64,000 nt of DNA from an uncultured Bacilli bacterium (GCA_934085565.1 CAKOHG010000005.1:25509-89508); one strand, 5' to 3'. Shown: positions 1-9,929, counted from the first letter of the stretch. The notes: generated from the sequence alone by a model not told the origin. Numbers and translations are program-made.

Positions 1-1092
1 GGCGTTTTTATGGCTCCCACAGAAATACTTGCTACCCAACATTTTTTTAATATGCATTCTTTATTTCAAGCTTGTAATGTTCAAGCAGATCTTTTAGTAG
101 GAAGTATGTCGAAGAAAGAAAAAGATAATATTTTAAAAAGAGTTAAAAATAAAGAAATTGATATTTTAATTGGTACCCACGCGGTTTTAAATGAAAACTT
201 ACATTTTGATAATTTAGGTCTTGTTGTAACCGATGAACAACATCGTTTTGGTGTTTGCCAAAGGGAAATTTTACAGAATAAAGGAGATTATCCTGATATG
301 CTTTTCATGAGTGCCACTCCTATACCAAGAACGTATGCGCTTACTTTGTATGGAGATATGGATACCTCGGTAATTAAACAGAAACCTAATGGTCGTAAAG
401 AAATCATTACTCGGGTAGTGTTAGAAAAAGATTTGAAAGAAGTTTTATTAAATACTTTAGAAGAAATTAAAAAAGGTCACCAAGTTTATGTGGTGGCACC
501 AATGATTGATGAAAATGATGAAAATAATTTAAAGAATGTTTACCTTTTAAAAGAAAAATTTTCTTTGGCTTACCATGAGAAAGTACCTATGGGAATTTTA
601 CATGGTAAAATGAAAAAAGAAGAAAAAAATGAAGTGATGAATGCCTTTAAAAATAATCAAATTAAAATACTTATTTCTACAACGGTTGTTGAAGTAGGAG
701 TAGATGTTTCTAATGCTACAGTGATGATTATTTTTAATGCAGAAAGATTTGGACTTGCTACTTTACATCAGTTAAGAGGCAGAGTAGGAAGAAGCGATTT
801 ACAATCTTATTGTTATTTAATATGTAATGAAAAAAAAGAAAGAATTATGGTCTTAGAAGAAAGTAATGATGGCTTCTACATCAGTGAAAAAGACTTTGAA
901 TTTCGCGGCGAAGGAGACTTATTTGGCATAAAGCAAAGTGGGGATATGGCCTTTAAAATTGCTAATTTAAAAAAAGATTATCATATCTTACTAGTAGCCA
1001 AAAAAGAAGCAGAATATTTTATTCAAAACAAACTTTACAACCAAAGACAACATTATGAAGAAATTATTCATAAAATTGATTTTACTAATTGA
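1..1092 (+). CDS. recG: ATP-dependent DNA helicase RecG, C-terminal part (5' end lies outside the window)
   Basis: Helicase motif II DEQHRFGV, motif III MSATPIPRT and C-terminal helicase motifs (QLRGRVGR). The frame is open from position 1. A terminator hairpin follows. Confidence 0.85.
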   Translation, partial: GVFMAPTEILATQHFFNMHSLFQACNVQADLLVGSMSKKEKDNILKRVKNKEIDILIGTHAVLNENLHFDNLGLVVTDEQHRFGVCQREILQNKGDYPDMLFMSATPIPRTYALTLYGDMDTSVIKQKPNGRKEIITRVVLEKDLKEVLLNTLEEIKKGHQVYVVAPMIDENDENNLKNVYLLKEKFSLAYHEKVPMGILHGKMKKEEKNEVMNAFKNNQIKILISTTVVEVGVDVSNATVMIIFNAERFGLATLHQLRGRVGRSDLQSYCYLICNEKKERIMVLEESNDGFYISEKDFEFRGEGDLFGIKQSGDMAFKIANLKKDYHILLVAKKEAEYFIQNKLYNQRQHYEEIIHKIDFTN

Positions 1093-1195
1093 CGAAGTAA
1101 AAAGATTATAGTACACTTTATATAGTGTAGTTCGAATAAACTACACCGGTATACATTCACGATCACTTCTGAGTGTATATCAACAAACCCCCTGT

Positions 1196-1218
1196 GAGAG
1201 CGTAAGCTCTCTTTTTTT
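1196..1218 (+). terminator. rho-independent terminator after recG
   Basis: Stem GAGAGC / GCTCTC with loop GTAA, followed by TTTTTTT. Confidence 0.6.
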
Positions 1219-1250
1219 GATTAAAAAAAGCAAGGATTTAGCTCCTTACT

Positions 1251-2144
1251 TTAGTTTGTTATTAATTCTTTTGAAGATATCTCTTTTATTTTTTCTATAC
1301 TTAAACCTGTTATTTGAGAGACATAAGATATGTCTTTATTATCTTTCAATAAGTTTTCAGCTGTTAACTTTAATCCTTGTTCAATACCTTGTTCTAAGCC
1401 TTGCTCAATGCCTTGTTGTCTACCTATTTTAATACCCGTTTCTCTAGCTAAACGATTGGATTTGTTTAAAATACTTCTTTCTTCATTCATCACTGCATCT
1501 GTTAAAAAATCTTTTACAACTTCATCCATTTTTCTGATAACCTCACTTTCTTTTATTAACTTTTTTCTTTCATCTTCTGTTTTAGCTTTTAGAAAATGTA
1601 AAATATTTAAAAACTCTTTATCACTTATGCCTTCATTATAATTAAGTTTATCTAGTAAATCAAGTCGTATATAGTAGATTTGAATGTCATCGGTTAAAGG
1701 ATATCCTTGCTCTTCTAATCGATACCTTTGAATAATTTTGTCTTGTAATAAATTGGCTTCTACATGATCGACAAGATTAATTTGAATAAATGGATTCATA
1801 GTTTGATATTTATGTCCTTTTTTTAGTTGAGAAGAATAGCCTCTTAAAATATATAAATTTGATTTCTTAAGACTTTCTAAACTAAAAGAAGTATAAGCTT
1901 CGACATTAATAAGTGTTTTCTCATCTTTAAGTAATACCGTTAAATCTGTTCGACTGTTTTTAGTATCATACATAATTTTAGAAACAGGTCGTTCAAAGGT
2001 GATTTCTGATAACTTTCCTTGTAATGAAAAAGGCTCTTTTTGTAAAACATTTTCTAAAATGATTTCGAGTGGTCTTGTATATTTTTCACTCCCTAAAATA
2101 TACTTGCACCACATATCTTCTAATAGCATAGTTGTCACCTCCAA
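1251..2144 (-). CDS. Rpn/YhgA-like recombination-promoting nuclease (PD-(D/E)XK nuclease family transposase, transposase_31)
   Basis: 297 aa with the typical Rpn N-terminal nuclease region and a C-terminal GIEQGLEQGIEQGL repeat tail. RBS GGAGGTGA precedes the ATG. Same family as the tandem copies at 36472-38611. Confidence 0.7.
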   Translation of the reverse strand: MEVTTMLLEDMWCKYILGSEKYTRPLEIILENVLQKEPFSLQGKLSEITFERPVSKIMYDTKNSRTDLTVLLKDEKTLINVEAYTSFSLESLKKSNLYILRGYSSQLKKGHKYQTMNPFIQINLVDHVEANLLQDKIIQRYRLEEQGYPLTDDIQIYYIRLDLLDKLNYNEGISDKEFLNILHFLKAKTEDERKKLIKESEVIRKMDEVVKDFLTDAVMNEERSILNKSNRLARETGIKIGRQQGIEQGLEQGIEQGLKLTAENLLKDNKDISYVSQITGLSIEKIKEISSKELITN

Positions 2145-2148
2145 TCTA

Positions 2149-2207
2149 AGAAAGTAATTTTACTTTCTACTTATATATACAAAAAAAATCTTCGATTTCC
2201 TTTTTTT
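2149..2207 (-). promoter_or_regulatory. conserved upstream element copy A (GGAAATCGAAGATTTTTTTTGTATATATAAGTAGAAAG plus hairpin AGAAAGTA-N4-TACTTTCT) preceding the Rpn gene
   Basis: Reverse complement of 2161-2200 matches the element found at 15119, 29219, 36386 and 37377. An 8-bp hairpin lies just before the RBS. Confidence 0.5.
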
Positions 2208-2337
2208 ATCTGATTAAATGTCGAATTTTTTTCTAAAAGTTCAATAAATTTACGTTTGCTTTACATTTTTTGATCAAATAAAAAATAATAATGACCTAAC
2301 AATTTCCAAAAAAGAACTGTTCATTTAAAAAAGGTTA

Positions 2338-2346
2338 TGTTATAAT
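2338..2346 (+). promoter_or_regulatory. extended -10 promoter (TGtTATAAT) for the 2369 gene
   Basis: TGTTATAAT lies 22 nt upstream of the ATG. The -35 is weak. Confidence 0.4.
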
Positions 2347-2368
2347 TTCTGTAGGATGGTAGAGAGAT

Positions 2369-3910
2369 ATGAAGAATGTGAAAAATAGTTTAAGTTTTCA
2401 AAATATATTTAAAAGAGAGACTAAATTAGCAAGTTATATTATTGTATGTATGACAATTGTGGTTATTAGTTTATCTTATGCAATGTTTTTTAAAGTAGAG
2501 GGAAATTCTAATAATCAAGAAGTAGTAGCAGGAGAGTTTAAATTTACTTATAGTAACGGAACTACCATAACCAATGCCAATAATGCCACATGCTTTTTAC
2601 CATATACAGCCGATGAAGCAAGTTTAGTTGTCACAGAATGTTCTTATCAATTAAATGTTCAAAATACAAGTGTTTTAAAAGCAAATTATACTCTTAGTTT
2701 AGTAGCGCAAGATGGTAATGCTCTAGAAGCTTCTAAGTTAAAAGTTATCTTAAAAAAACAAGATGGAACAACTATGAATGTCGTAAGTGGATATCCTAAA
2801 ACAGTCAGTGATTTAACAAATGGTGTTTTAGTAACCGAATCATTAGATCCAAATGAAACGGTTGTTTATTCTGTTCAATTATATTTTGATGATGCTACCT
2901 TTGTAGATGGTGACACATCAAAAGCAATCAATTATAAAATAGTAGGGTCTGGCCTAGTAGATGAAGATAATCAAGATATTAATACGGAAATTCCTACAGT
3001 AATTGAAACTGTTAACGATTTAGCCAGTGAAGCAGACAAATCATCAGCAGATGTTTATACGGTACCAGATAAAACAAGTGATAGCTGTACCTATACTTTA
3101 GCGTATGATGGAACGAGTGATAACAATTTAAGATATGTTGGAGCCAATCCATGTAATTATGTTACATTTAACGGGGAATCAGCTGGATGGAGAATCATAG
3201 GTGTGTTAAATACCACGGAAGGACAAAGGGTAAAATTAATTCGTGCGTCTTCTATAGGAGATTTATCTTGGGATTATACTTCAACAGGAAGTTATACAAA
3301 TAACTGGGCAACAAGTAGTTTACAAACATTGTTAAATAGCGGCGCCTATTATAATAGAACAACAGGACAATATTATAATAATAGTACTACGGCTTCCACA
3401 CTAGATTTTACAAGTACCGGTTTAACAGATGAAGCCAAAAATAAAATTGACACTATAACATGGAAGTTGGGAGGTGCTGTACTTAGTAGCTCTTTCAATG
3501 CGATAAGTAGTAATTTGTATACATATGAAAGGGGAACAAGTGTATATAGCAATAATCCAACAGAATGGCAGGGTAAAGTTGGCTTAATATATCCAAGTGA
3601 TTATGGTTATGCTACAGGTGGTGGCAGTTTCGTTAAAAGAGCAAACTGTTTAAGCAGAGTATTAGATATTTGGAATGAATCAAATGAATGTGTTGCAAAT
3701 GATTGGTTATACGATGCAAGTATTGAGCAATATATGTTATCTACAGATTCATCTAGAGTTGACTATGTGTTCTTTGTTGATAAAAATGGTGGTCTTGACA
3801 ATTATTATGTATATAATCAACATTCAGTACGACCATCTGTTTATTTGATATCTTCCACGACAATTATTAGTGGAGAAGGTACTCCAGAAAATCCATATGT
3901 TATAGAATAA
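2369..3910 (+). CDS. membrane-anchored or secreted hypothetical protein (N-terminal signal anchor, Ser/Thr/Asn-rich extracellular region)
   Basis: 513 aa with an N-terminal hydrophobic helix (YIIVCMTIVVISLSYAMFF). No catalytic motif was recognised. C-terminal segment reads HSVRPSVYLISST. Confidence 0.55.
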   Translation: MKNVKNSLSFQNIFKRETKLASYIIVCMTIVVISLSYAMFFKVEGNSNNQEVVAGEFKFTYSNGTTITNANNATCFLPYTADEASLVVTECSYQLNVQNTSVLKANYTLSLVAQDGNALEASKLKVILKKQDGTTMNVVSGYPKTVSDLTNGVLVTESLDPNETVVYSVQLYFDDATFVDGDTSKAINYKIVGSGLVDEDNQDINTEIPTVIETVNDLASEADKSSADVYTVPDKTSDSCTYTLAYDGTSDNNLRYVGANPCNYVTFNGESAGWRIIGVLNTTEGQRVKLIRASSIGDLSWDYTSTGSYTNNWATSSLQTLLNSGAYYNRTTGQYYNNSTTASTLDFTSTGLTDEAKNKIDTITWKLGGAVLSSSFNAISSNLYTYERGTSVYSNNPTEWQGKVGLIYPSDYGYATGGGSFVKRANCLSRVLDIWNESNECVANDWLYDASIEQYMLSTDSSRVDYVFFVDKNGGLDNYYVYNQHSVRPSVYLISSTTIISGEGTPENPYVIE

Positions 3911-3916
3911 AAAAGA

Positions 3917-3966
3917 TATTAAACATGGTATGTAAATTTTAAAAAAATTTAGGCCATGTTTTTTTC
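3917..3966 (+). terminator. terminator hairpin after the 2369 gene
   Basis: AAACATGG ... CCATGTTT stem with an AT-rich internal palindrome, followed by TTTTTTTC. Confidence 0.4.
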
Positions 3967-3995
3967 TTGCCTTCGTAACAAGGGTAATTTATAAT
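3967..3995 (+). promoter_or_regulatory. sigma-A type promoter (TTGCCT-17-TATAAT)
   Basis: -35 TTGCCT at 3967-3972, 17-nt spacer, -10 TATAAT at 3990-3995. It lies upstream of the GTG start of the 4021 gene. Confidence 0.5.
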
Positions 3996-4020
3996 AAAAG
4001 TTATTCTTAGGAGGTATCTC

Positions 4021-5745
4021 GTGGAACTTTTTGATAGATTATTAGAATTAAATAAAATGATATATACTTTAAATAAAGCTTACATAAAAAATAAAAGTGC
4101 GGTGTGCAAAGAATTATTGCAAGAGCAAAAAGAAAAAGAAGAAAGTATTTTGAATAAGCTTAGTTATGATGATTTGGTAGATTTAGAAATTTATTATCGT
4201 AAAACATATGATCTTCATTTTGATAATTTCTTTCTTTTAGAGTTAGTAAATCATCCTTATATTGAAGCACCTATTTTTAGTCTTTATTTGAAATTATATG
4301 AAAGACTTTCGTTTTATTTACAGCAAAGTTTCAGTGATTTTTCTCCACAGGAAATGAGTCTATTTTTAAATACTCCGTATTATCGCAGGCATGTGAAACG
4401 ATATCGAGAAAAATTGTATTATAATCAAAAAATTTTTCAAAATTATCTTCATGAAAAAAACACACTAAACATTGATGATGTCTATTTGCTAAATTCACTA
4501 AGTATTGAAAAAACAAAAGAATTAGACTATATTCCAAAACATATTAAAAGTGATATATATAATTATGTTTATAAGACTTTTTTTATGATTTTAACAGAAG
4601 ATTTTCCTATATTAGAAAATGAAAGATTAAAAATAATAAAAGCTATTATCAAAATTATTCCTAGTGAAGAAAGAAAATCTTTTTTTGAAAAAATATTTCG
4701 TTCTTTAAAAGATGATTTAAATGAACATGAAAAGAGTAAATTAAATGATTTAATTGATGAAATTTTAAAAGAAAATAAAAATAGCAAAAAGGAAGATATA
4801 TTTTGTGAAGAATATTTCGAAGATACTTATTCTTATGATGTTAGTTTTGATACGGCAATAAATTATGAACTAAAATTTGAAGATTTAATGAGGCTAGAAA
4901 AAAAGATACTTTTGTTATATAAGAAAATTATAAATAGTGAAAGTAAAGAAGAACGAGAAAAATTATTTGCAAAACTTTCTATACATATTGATGAAGAACA
5001 TTCTATGCTAAGTGATGTTCAAAACTTTACTGATTTTTTGACTTATATAGAAAAAGCTTATTTGAGAAGAATTGATTTTATGCCTGGTTATTTATTTTCA
5101 AATGAGAGATATCGAGATTGGTATTTATGTTATGAACGTCTTTTTAATTATGATTTTTATAAATATCTAAATAAAAAAAGTGATAAAATAGTCGATGATG
5201 AGTATGAATCAAATATTATGCTCATAAATGAAACACAAGAAAGTCGGTTAGAATCTTTGGAGAAAATTCAGCAAATGCTTGTTGATTTCATGTTTGGCAA
5301 AATTTCTAAAAAAGATTTAAGAAAAGAAATTATAAAGGCAGATAATAAATATGCTGATGATGAAAATGAAAAAATTTATGTATTTTTTGAGAATTTAAAA
5401 TATAAATTTTTTAATGTTCTTTATCAAAGTGAATATCAAAATAAAGCTTTATTGTATGCTTTTGCAGATAACGAAGTTATGGAAAAATTAATTTTTTCAA
5501 ATTTTGAAGAAGCTTCGCCATTTCCAGAAAACGAAAAATTTTATTTAAATATGGAAGAAAAAAAGATTTATTTAAATGAAGTGAAAGATTATATTTCAGA
5601 ACTGGAAGAAAGTTATCCAGTATGGGTAAATTTTACAGGTATTTACTTAGATTGTTGTTACGATTATTTAGGTCTTAAAAATCCCACTTTGAAAAGAAAA
5701 TATGGTACAATTAAAAAGCATAAGAAAGAGGATAAAGATGAATAA
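4021..5745 (+). CDS. hypothetical cytoplasmic protein, Lys/Glu/Tyr-rich and all-alpha
   Basis: 574 aa. GTG start behind AGGAGG. The stop overlaps the tex start (ATGAATAA). No recognisable domain. Confidence 0.55.
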   Translation: MELFDRLLELNKMIYTLNKAYIKNKSAVCKELLQEQKEKEESILNKLSYDDLVDLEIYYRKTYDLHFDNFFLLELVNHPYIEAPIFSLYLKLYERLSFYLQQSFSDFSPQEMSLFLNTPYYRRHVKRYREKLYYNQKIFQNYLHEKNTLNIDDVYLLNSLSIEKTKELDYIPKHIKSDIYNYVYKTFFMILTEDFPILENERLKIIKAIIKIIPSEERKSFFEKIFRSLKDDLNEHEKSKLNDLIDEILKENKNSKKEDIFCEEYFEDTYSYDVSFDTAINYELKFEDLMRLEKKILLLYKKIINSESKEEREKLFAKLSIHIDEEHSMLSDVQNFTDFLTYIEKAYLRRIDFMPGYLFSNERYRDWYLCYERLFNYDFYKYLNKKSDKIVDDEYESNIMLINETQESRLESLEKIQQMLVDFMFGKISKKDLRKEIIKADNKYADDENEKIYVFFENLKYKFFNVLYQSEYQNKALLYAFADNEVMEKLIFSNFEEASPFPENEKFYLNMEEKKIYLNEVKDYISELEESYPVWVNFTGIYLDCCYDYLGLKNPTLKRKYGTIKKHKKEDKDE

Positions 5746-7858
5746 TATAAGCATTTTAGCAAAAAATATGAATATTAAAGAAAGTCAAATTGAAGCTGTT
5801 TTAAAATTGTTAGAAGAAGGCGCAACGATTCCTTTTATTGCGCGTTATAGAAAAGAAGCAACCGGTTCTTTAGACGAAGAGCAAATAAGACAAATTGAAA
5901 AAGAATATACTTATTTACAAAATCTATTAAAAAGAAAAGAAGATGTGATAAGACTTATTACAGAAAAAGATCTTATGACAGAAGATTTACAAAGACAAAT
6001 AATGGCTTGTGAAAAACTTACCGATGTCGAAGATTTGTATCGTCCTTTTAAAGAAAAGAAAAAAACAAAGGCTAGTGAAGCCATTAAAATGGGGCTTGAA
6101 CCATTAGCTAAAAAGATAATGGCTTTTCCAACGAAGGGTAATCTAAATGATTTAGCTAAAGAATTTCCTTACGATTTAGAAGTTTCTTTAACAGGGGCTA
6201 AATATATCATTAGTGAGTGGATAAGTGACAATGCTTACTATCGTAAACTTATTAAAAATGAAATATTTTATCATGGTAGTATGGAAAGTAAGTTAAAGAA
6301 AAACGCTAAAGATGAACGTCTTGTTTATAAGATGTATTATGATTTTTCTGAACCCATTCGTTATGCTAAGCATTATCGTGTTTTAGCTATGAATCGTGGA
6401 GAAAAAGAAGGAGTATTATCTGTTAGCTTATCTTTTGATAAGGATAAAATAACAACTTTATTAGAAGAAAAAATTATTAAAAATAAAGATTCTTTTGTGG
6501 CAGATGAAGTAAAAGAGGCTTTAAGTGACTCTTTAAAAAGATTAATATATCCAAGTGTAGAAAGAGAAATAAGGGCAGAGTTAACCGAAAAAGCTGAAAG
6601 TAAAGCCATTTTAACTTTCCAAGATAACTTAGAACATTTATTAATGACTAAACCAATAAAAGAAAAAACAGTATTAGGTTTTGACCCGGCTTTTAGAACA
6701 GGTTGTAAATTAGCGGTTTTAAATCCTTATGGTAACGTTTTAGAAATTGCCACGATTTATCCTCATGAACCTAAAAATGAGAAAGAAAAAAGTGCTCAAA
6801 TATTAAAAAATTTAATAGATAAATATAAAGTTCAAATTATAGCTATTGGTAATGGGACAGCTTCAAGAGAAAGCGAAGCCTTTGTAGCGAGTACGATTAA
6901 AGGCACACCTGTTTTATATAACTTAGTCAGTGAAGCTGGTGCTAGTGTTTATTCAGCAAGTCCTTTAGCCATTAGTGAGTTTCCGGATTTAACTGTTGAA
7001 AAAAGAAGTGCCATCTCTATTGGTAGAAGAATTCAAGATCCACTTTCTGAGCTTGTTAAAATAGACCCTAAAAGCATCGGAGTTGGCGAATATCAACATG
7101 ATGTTAACCAAAAAGAACTTAACGAAGCTTTATCTTTCACCGTTGGTAAAATTGTAAATGAAATCGGTGTTAACTTAAATACTGCCAGTGCTAGTATCTT
7201 AAAATATATATCTGGTTTAAGTAAAAAGACAATCGATAGCATTTTGAAATTTAGAGAAACAAAACCATTTACTTCTCGGGAAGAGATTAAATCTTTAAGT
7301 GGTTTTAGTGACAAAGTATATGAGCAATCTATTGGTTTTTTACGAATCATAGATGGTAAAAATCCTTTAGATAAAACAAGAATCCATCCTGAAAGTTATG
7401 ATTTAGCTTATAAACTTTTAGATTATCTTCATTTAAATATAAATGATTTAGGTAAAAAAGAATTTAAAGAAACTTTACAAAATGTTGATGTAAAAAAATT
7501 AGTAGAAGAGTTAGAGTGTGATAAATATACCTTAGAAGATATTATTGAAGAACTTCAAAATCCTGGGCAAGATTATCGTGACAAATTAGATGATATTGTT
7601 TTAAAAAGTGATGTTTTAACTATCAAAGATTTAAAAGTAGGTATGGAATTAAAAGGAACCGTTCGCAATGTGACAAGTTTTGGAGCTTTTGTTGACATAG
7701 GTTTACATGATGATGGCCTTATTCACATTTCTAAAATGAGTAAATCATTTGTCAAAAATCCGAGTGATATTTTAAGTGTTGGTGATATTGTCACGGTATA
7801 TGTTTGTGATATTGATTTAGAAAAAGAAAAAGTTCAACTTTCTTTATTTAAAGATTAA
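5738..7858 (+). CDS. tex: transcription accessory protein Tex (YqgF/RNase H-like, HhH, S1 domain)
   Basis: N-terminus MNNISILAKNMNIKESQIEAVLKLLEEGATIPFIARYRKE, a Tex hallmark. C-terminal S1 domain (GTVRNVTSFGAFVDIG). About 707 aa. Confidence 0.9.
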   Translation: MNNISILAKNMNIKESQIEAVLKLLEEGATIPFIARYRKEATGSLDEEQIRQIEKEYTYLQNLLKRKEDVIRLITEKDLMTEDLQRQIMACEKLTDVEDLYRPFKEKKKTKASEAIKMGLEPLAKKIMAFPTKGNLNDLAKEFPYDLEVSLTGAKYIISEWISDNAYYRKLIKNEIFYHGSMESKLKKNAKDERLVYKMYYDFSEPIRYAKHYRVLAMNRGEKEGVLSVSLSFDKDKITTLLEEKIIKNKDSFVADEVKEALSDSLKRLIYPSVEREIRAELTEKAESKAILTFQDNLEHLLMTKPIKEKTVLGFDPAFRTGCKLAVLNPYGNVLEIATIYPHEPKNEKEKSAQILKNLIDKYKVQIIAIGNGTASRESEAFVASTIKGTPVLYNLVSEAGASVYSASPLAISEFPDLTVEKRSAISIGRRIQDPLSELVKIDPKSIGVGEYQHDVNQKELNEALSFTVGKIVNEIGVNLNTASASILKYISGLSKKTIDSILKFRETKPFTSREEIKSLSGFSDKVYEQSIGFLRIIDGKNPLDKTRIHPESYDLAYKLLDYLHLNINDLGKKEFKETLQNVDVKKLVEELECDKYTLEDIIEELQNPGQDYRDKLDDIVLKSDVLTIKDLKVGMELKGTVRNVTSFGAFVDIGLHDDGLIHISKMSKSFVKNPSDILSVGDIVTVYVCDIDLEKEKVQLSLFKD

Positions 7859-7865
7859 AAGTGTA

Positions 7866-7897
7866 AAATACTAGAAATTATCATCTAGTATTTTTTA
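7866..7897 (+). terminator. rho-independent terminator after tex
   Basis: AAATACTAGA / TCTAGTATTT stem, loop AATTATCA, then TTTTTT. Confidence 0.6.
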
Positions 7898-7960
7898 TCT
7901 TGTATATTGCCAAACATACAAGATAACATACAAGATAACATACAGAAAAACATACAAGAT
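7898..7960. repeat. short tandem direct repeats (ACATACAAGAT x3 plus variant) preceded by its inverted copy ATCTTGTAT
   Basis: Read directly: atcttgtat...acatacaagataacatacaagataacatacagaaaaacatacaagat, between the tex terminator and the asnB promoter. Confidence 0.5.
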
Positions 7961-8049
7961 GAGCGGAGAAAATAATAATATATACTTCTTTTCTTTTAAA
8001 ATGGTTTAAATCGGGTTATAATAATGAGAAGAAAGTGATGTGAATAGTT

Positions 8050-9858
8050 ATGTGTGGAATTGCCGGTTTTATTGGTAAAGATAAAAATAAAAAGAAAATT
8101 TTAAAAGCTATGTGTGATAGAATTGCCCATCGTGGACCAGATGCGGAAGGTTTTTATGTTAAGGGAGATGTTGCCCTTGGTCAAAGAAGACTTTCTATAA
8201 TTGATATAGAAGGTGGAAAACAACCCATGTTTAGTGAAGATGGCAAACTAGTTATCGTTTTTAATGGTGAGATTTATAATTATAAAGACTTAAAAAAAGA
8301 ACTTAAAGAATATCCTTTTCAAACGGAAAGTGATACGGAAGTATTAATTTATGGTTATCGTAAATGGGGGTATGACTTACCGAATCATTTAAGAGGAATG
8401 TTTTCTTTTGCTCTTTATGACATGGAAGAAAAAACTTTATTTTGTGCTCGTGATCATTTTGGTATTAAACCTTTCTATTACTATTATAATGATGGAACCT
8501 TTATGTTTGCTTCAGAAATCAAAGCTTTTTTAGATCATCCTAAATTTGAAAAAAAATTTAATGAATCTTTAATTGCACCTTACTTATCATTTAGTTTTAC
8601 TCCTACTACGGAAACTTTTTTTGAAGGCGTTAAACGTTTAGACGCTGGAAATTATTTAATATATAAAGATGGACAAATTAATATTGAACGTTATTTTGAT
8701 TTAACTTTTCCTATCGAGGAAAAAGATTATGATAAAACTGTAGAAGAAATTGGAAAAGTTATGGAAGATAGTACTCGTCATCACATGATTAGTGATGTTG
8801 AGGTTGGCTCTTTCCTTTCAAGTGGTATTGATTCTTCTTATTTAGTGTCTTTGGCAAGACCAGACAAAACTTATACGGTTGGTTATGATATTCCACGTTA
8901 TAATGAAATTGATTATGCGAAAGATTTAACGGATAAACTAAAAATTAACAATACCAGTAAAAAGATAACAAAAGAAGAATACATGAAAGTTTTAGATAAA
9001 ATCATGTATCATATGGATGAACCAGCAAGTGATCCTGCCGTGGTTGCTTTATACTTTGTTGCTAACTTAGCTAGTAAAGATGTTAAAGTTGTTTTGTCAG
9101 GAGAAGGAGCTGATGAATTCTTTGGAGGATATAACTATTATCGGGAAGAAGTAGATTATTCTTTCTATAATAAGATACCTTTCTTTATTCGACATGGTAT
9201 TTCTAAATTTTGTTCTTTATTTCCACCGGTAAGAGGTATTAATTTCTTAGTAAGACGTGGAGAAAGATTAGAAGATAGTTATATTGGGGTTAATAAAGTT
9301 TGGAGTGATAAAGAAATCAAAAAGCTTTTAAAGGAACCCGTTACAATTCAAAATAAAGAAATAACAAAACCAGTGTTTGACAAATTTAAAGGTCAAAGTA
9401 ATATTGTTAAAATGCAAGCTATTGATATTAATTTTTGGTTAATGAAAGATATTTTACAAAAAGCTGACCGTATGACTATGGCCAATTCCTTAGAAGGAAG
9501 GGTTCCTTTTGTTGATAAAGAAGTCTTTAAAATTGCTTCTTCTTTACCACTTAACTATAAAGTGACTAAAGAAAACACTAAAGTAGCTTTAAGAGACGCT
9601 GCTAAAAAAGTGATTCCTAATGAATCTTATAAAAAGAAAAAACTTGGTTTTCCAGTTCCAATTCGTGATTGGATGAGAGAAGACGATGTATATAAAGAAA
9701 TCAAAAAAGCCTTTAATAGTAAAGTATGTAAAAAATATTTTGATAAAGATATTCTTATTAAAATGCTTGATGAACATAAAGAAGGTAAGAAAGATAATTA
9801 TCGTAAAGTTTGGAATGTTTATTGCTTTATTAAATGGTACAATGTCTTTTTTGCATAG
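8050..9858 (+). CDS. asnB: asparagine synthetase (glutamine-hydrolysing)
   Basis: N-terminal MCGIAG (Cys2 nucleophile), GATase-2 then the synthetase domain (SGGIDSS-like SSGIDSSYL). 602 aa. Confidence 0.9.
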   Translation: MCGIAGFIGKDKNKKKILKAMCDRIAHRGPDAEGFYVKGDVALGQRRLSIIDIEGGKQPMFSEDGKLVIVFNGEIYNYKDLKKELKEYPFQTESDTEVLIYGYRKWGYDLPNHLRGMFSFALYDMEEKTLFCARDHFGIKPFYYYYNDGTFMFASEIKAFLDHPKFEKKFNESLIAPYLSFSFTPTTETFFEGVKRLDAGNYLIYKDGQINIERYFDLTFPIEEKDYDKTVEEIGKVMEDSTRHHMISDVEVGSFLSSGIDSSYLVSLARPDKTYTVGYDIPRYNEIDYAKDLTDKLKINNTSKKITKEEYMKVLDKIMYHMDEPASDPAVVALYFVANLASKDVKVVLSGEGADEFFGGYNYYREEVDYSFYNKIPFFIRHGISKFCSLFPPVRGINFLVRRGERLEDSYIGVNKVWSDKEIKKLLKEPVTIQNKEITKPVFDKFKGQSNIVKMQAIDINFWLMKDILQKADRMTMANSLEGRVPFVDKEVFKIASSLPLNYKVTKENTKVALRDAAKKVIPNESYKKKKLGFPVPIRDWMREDDVYKEIKKAFNSKVCKKYFDKDILIKMLDEHKEGKKDNYRKVWNVYCFIKWYNVFFA

Positions 9859-9860
9859 AA

Positions 9861-9888
9861 AAAGTCGAAAGAGTTTCGACTTTTTTTG
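9861..9888 (+). terminator. rho-independent terminator after asnB
   Basis: AAAGTCGAAA gag TTTCGACTTT, followed by a T-run. Confidence 0.6.
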
Positions 9889-9929
9889 GTGCTCGTTTTT
9901 CTAAATTTTGATATAATGAATACAAGAAG

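Noticed and set aside
1217-1641. Plus-strand ORFs 1217-1432 and 1330-1641 (including a PCS-PCS-PCS repeat)
   Set aside because: They are antisense to the Rpn gene. The Pro-Cys-Ser repeat is simply the reverse-frame image of the GIEQGLEQGIEQGL codon repeat. No RBS is present.
4331-4787. Minus-strand ORFs 4331-4537 and 4569-4787 inside the 4021-5745 gene
   Set aside because: Short antisense ORFs inside a long sense ORF with RBS and translational coupling to tex. No start signals.
6373-7350. Minus-strand ORFs 6373-6609 and 7093-7350
   Set aside because: They lie inside the tex coding region on the opposite strand.
9589-9904. ORFs 9589-9777 (-) and 9686-9904 (+)
   Set aside because: They overlap the asnB 3' end and terminator, with a low-complexity K/I/F-rich translation.
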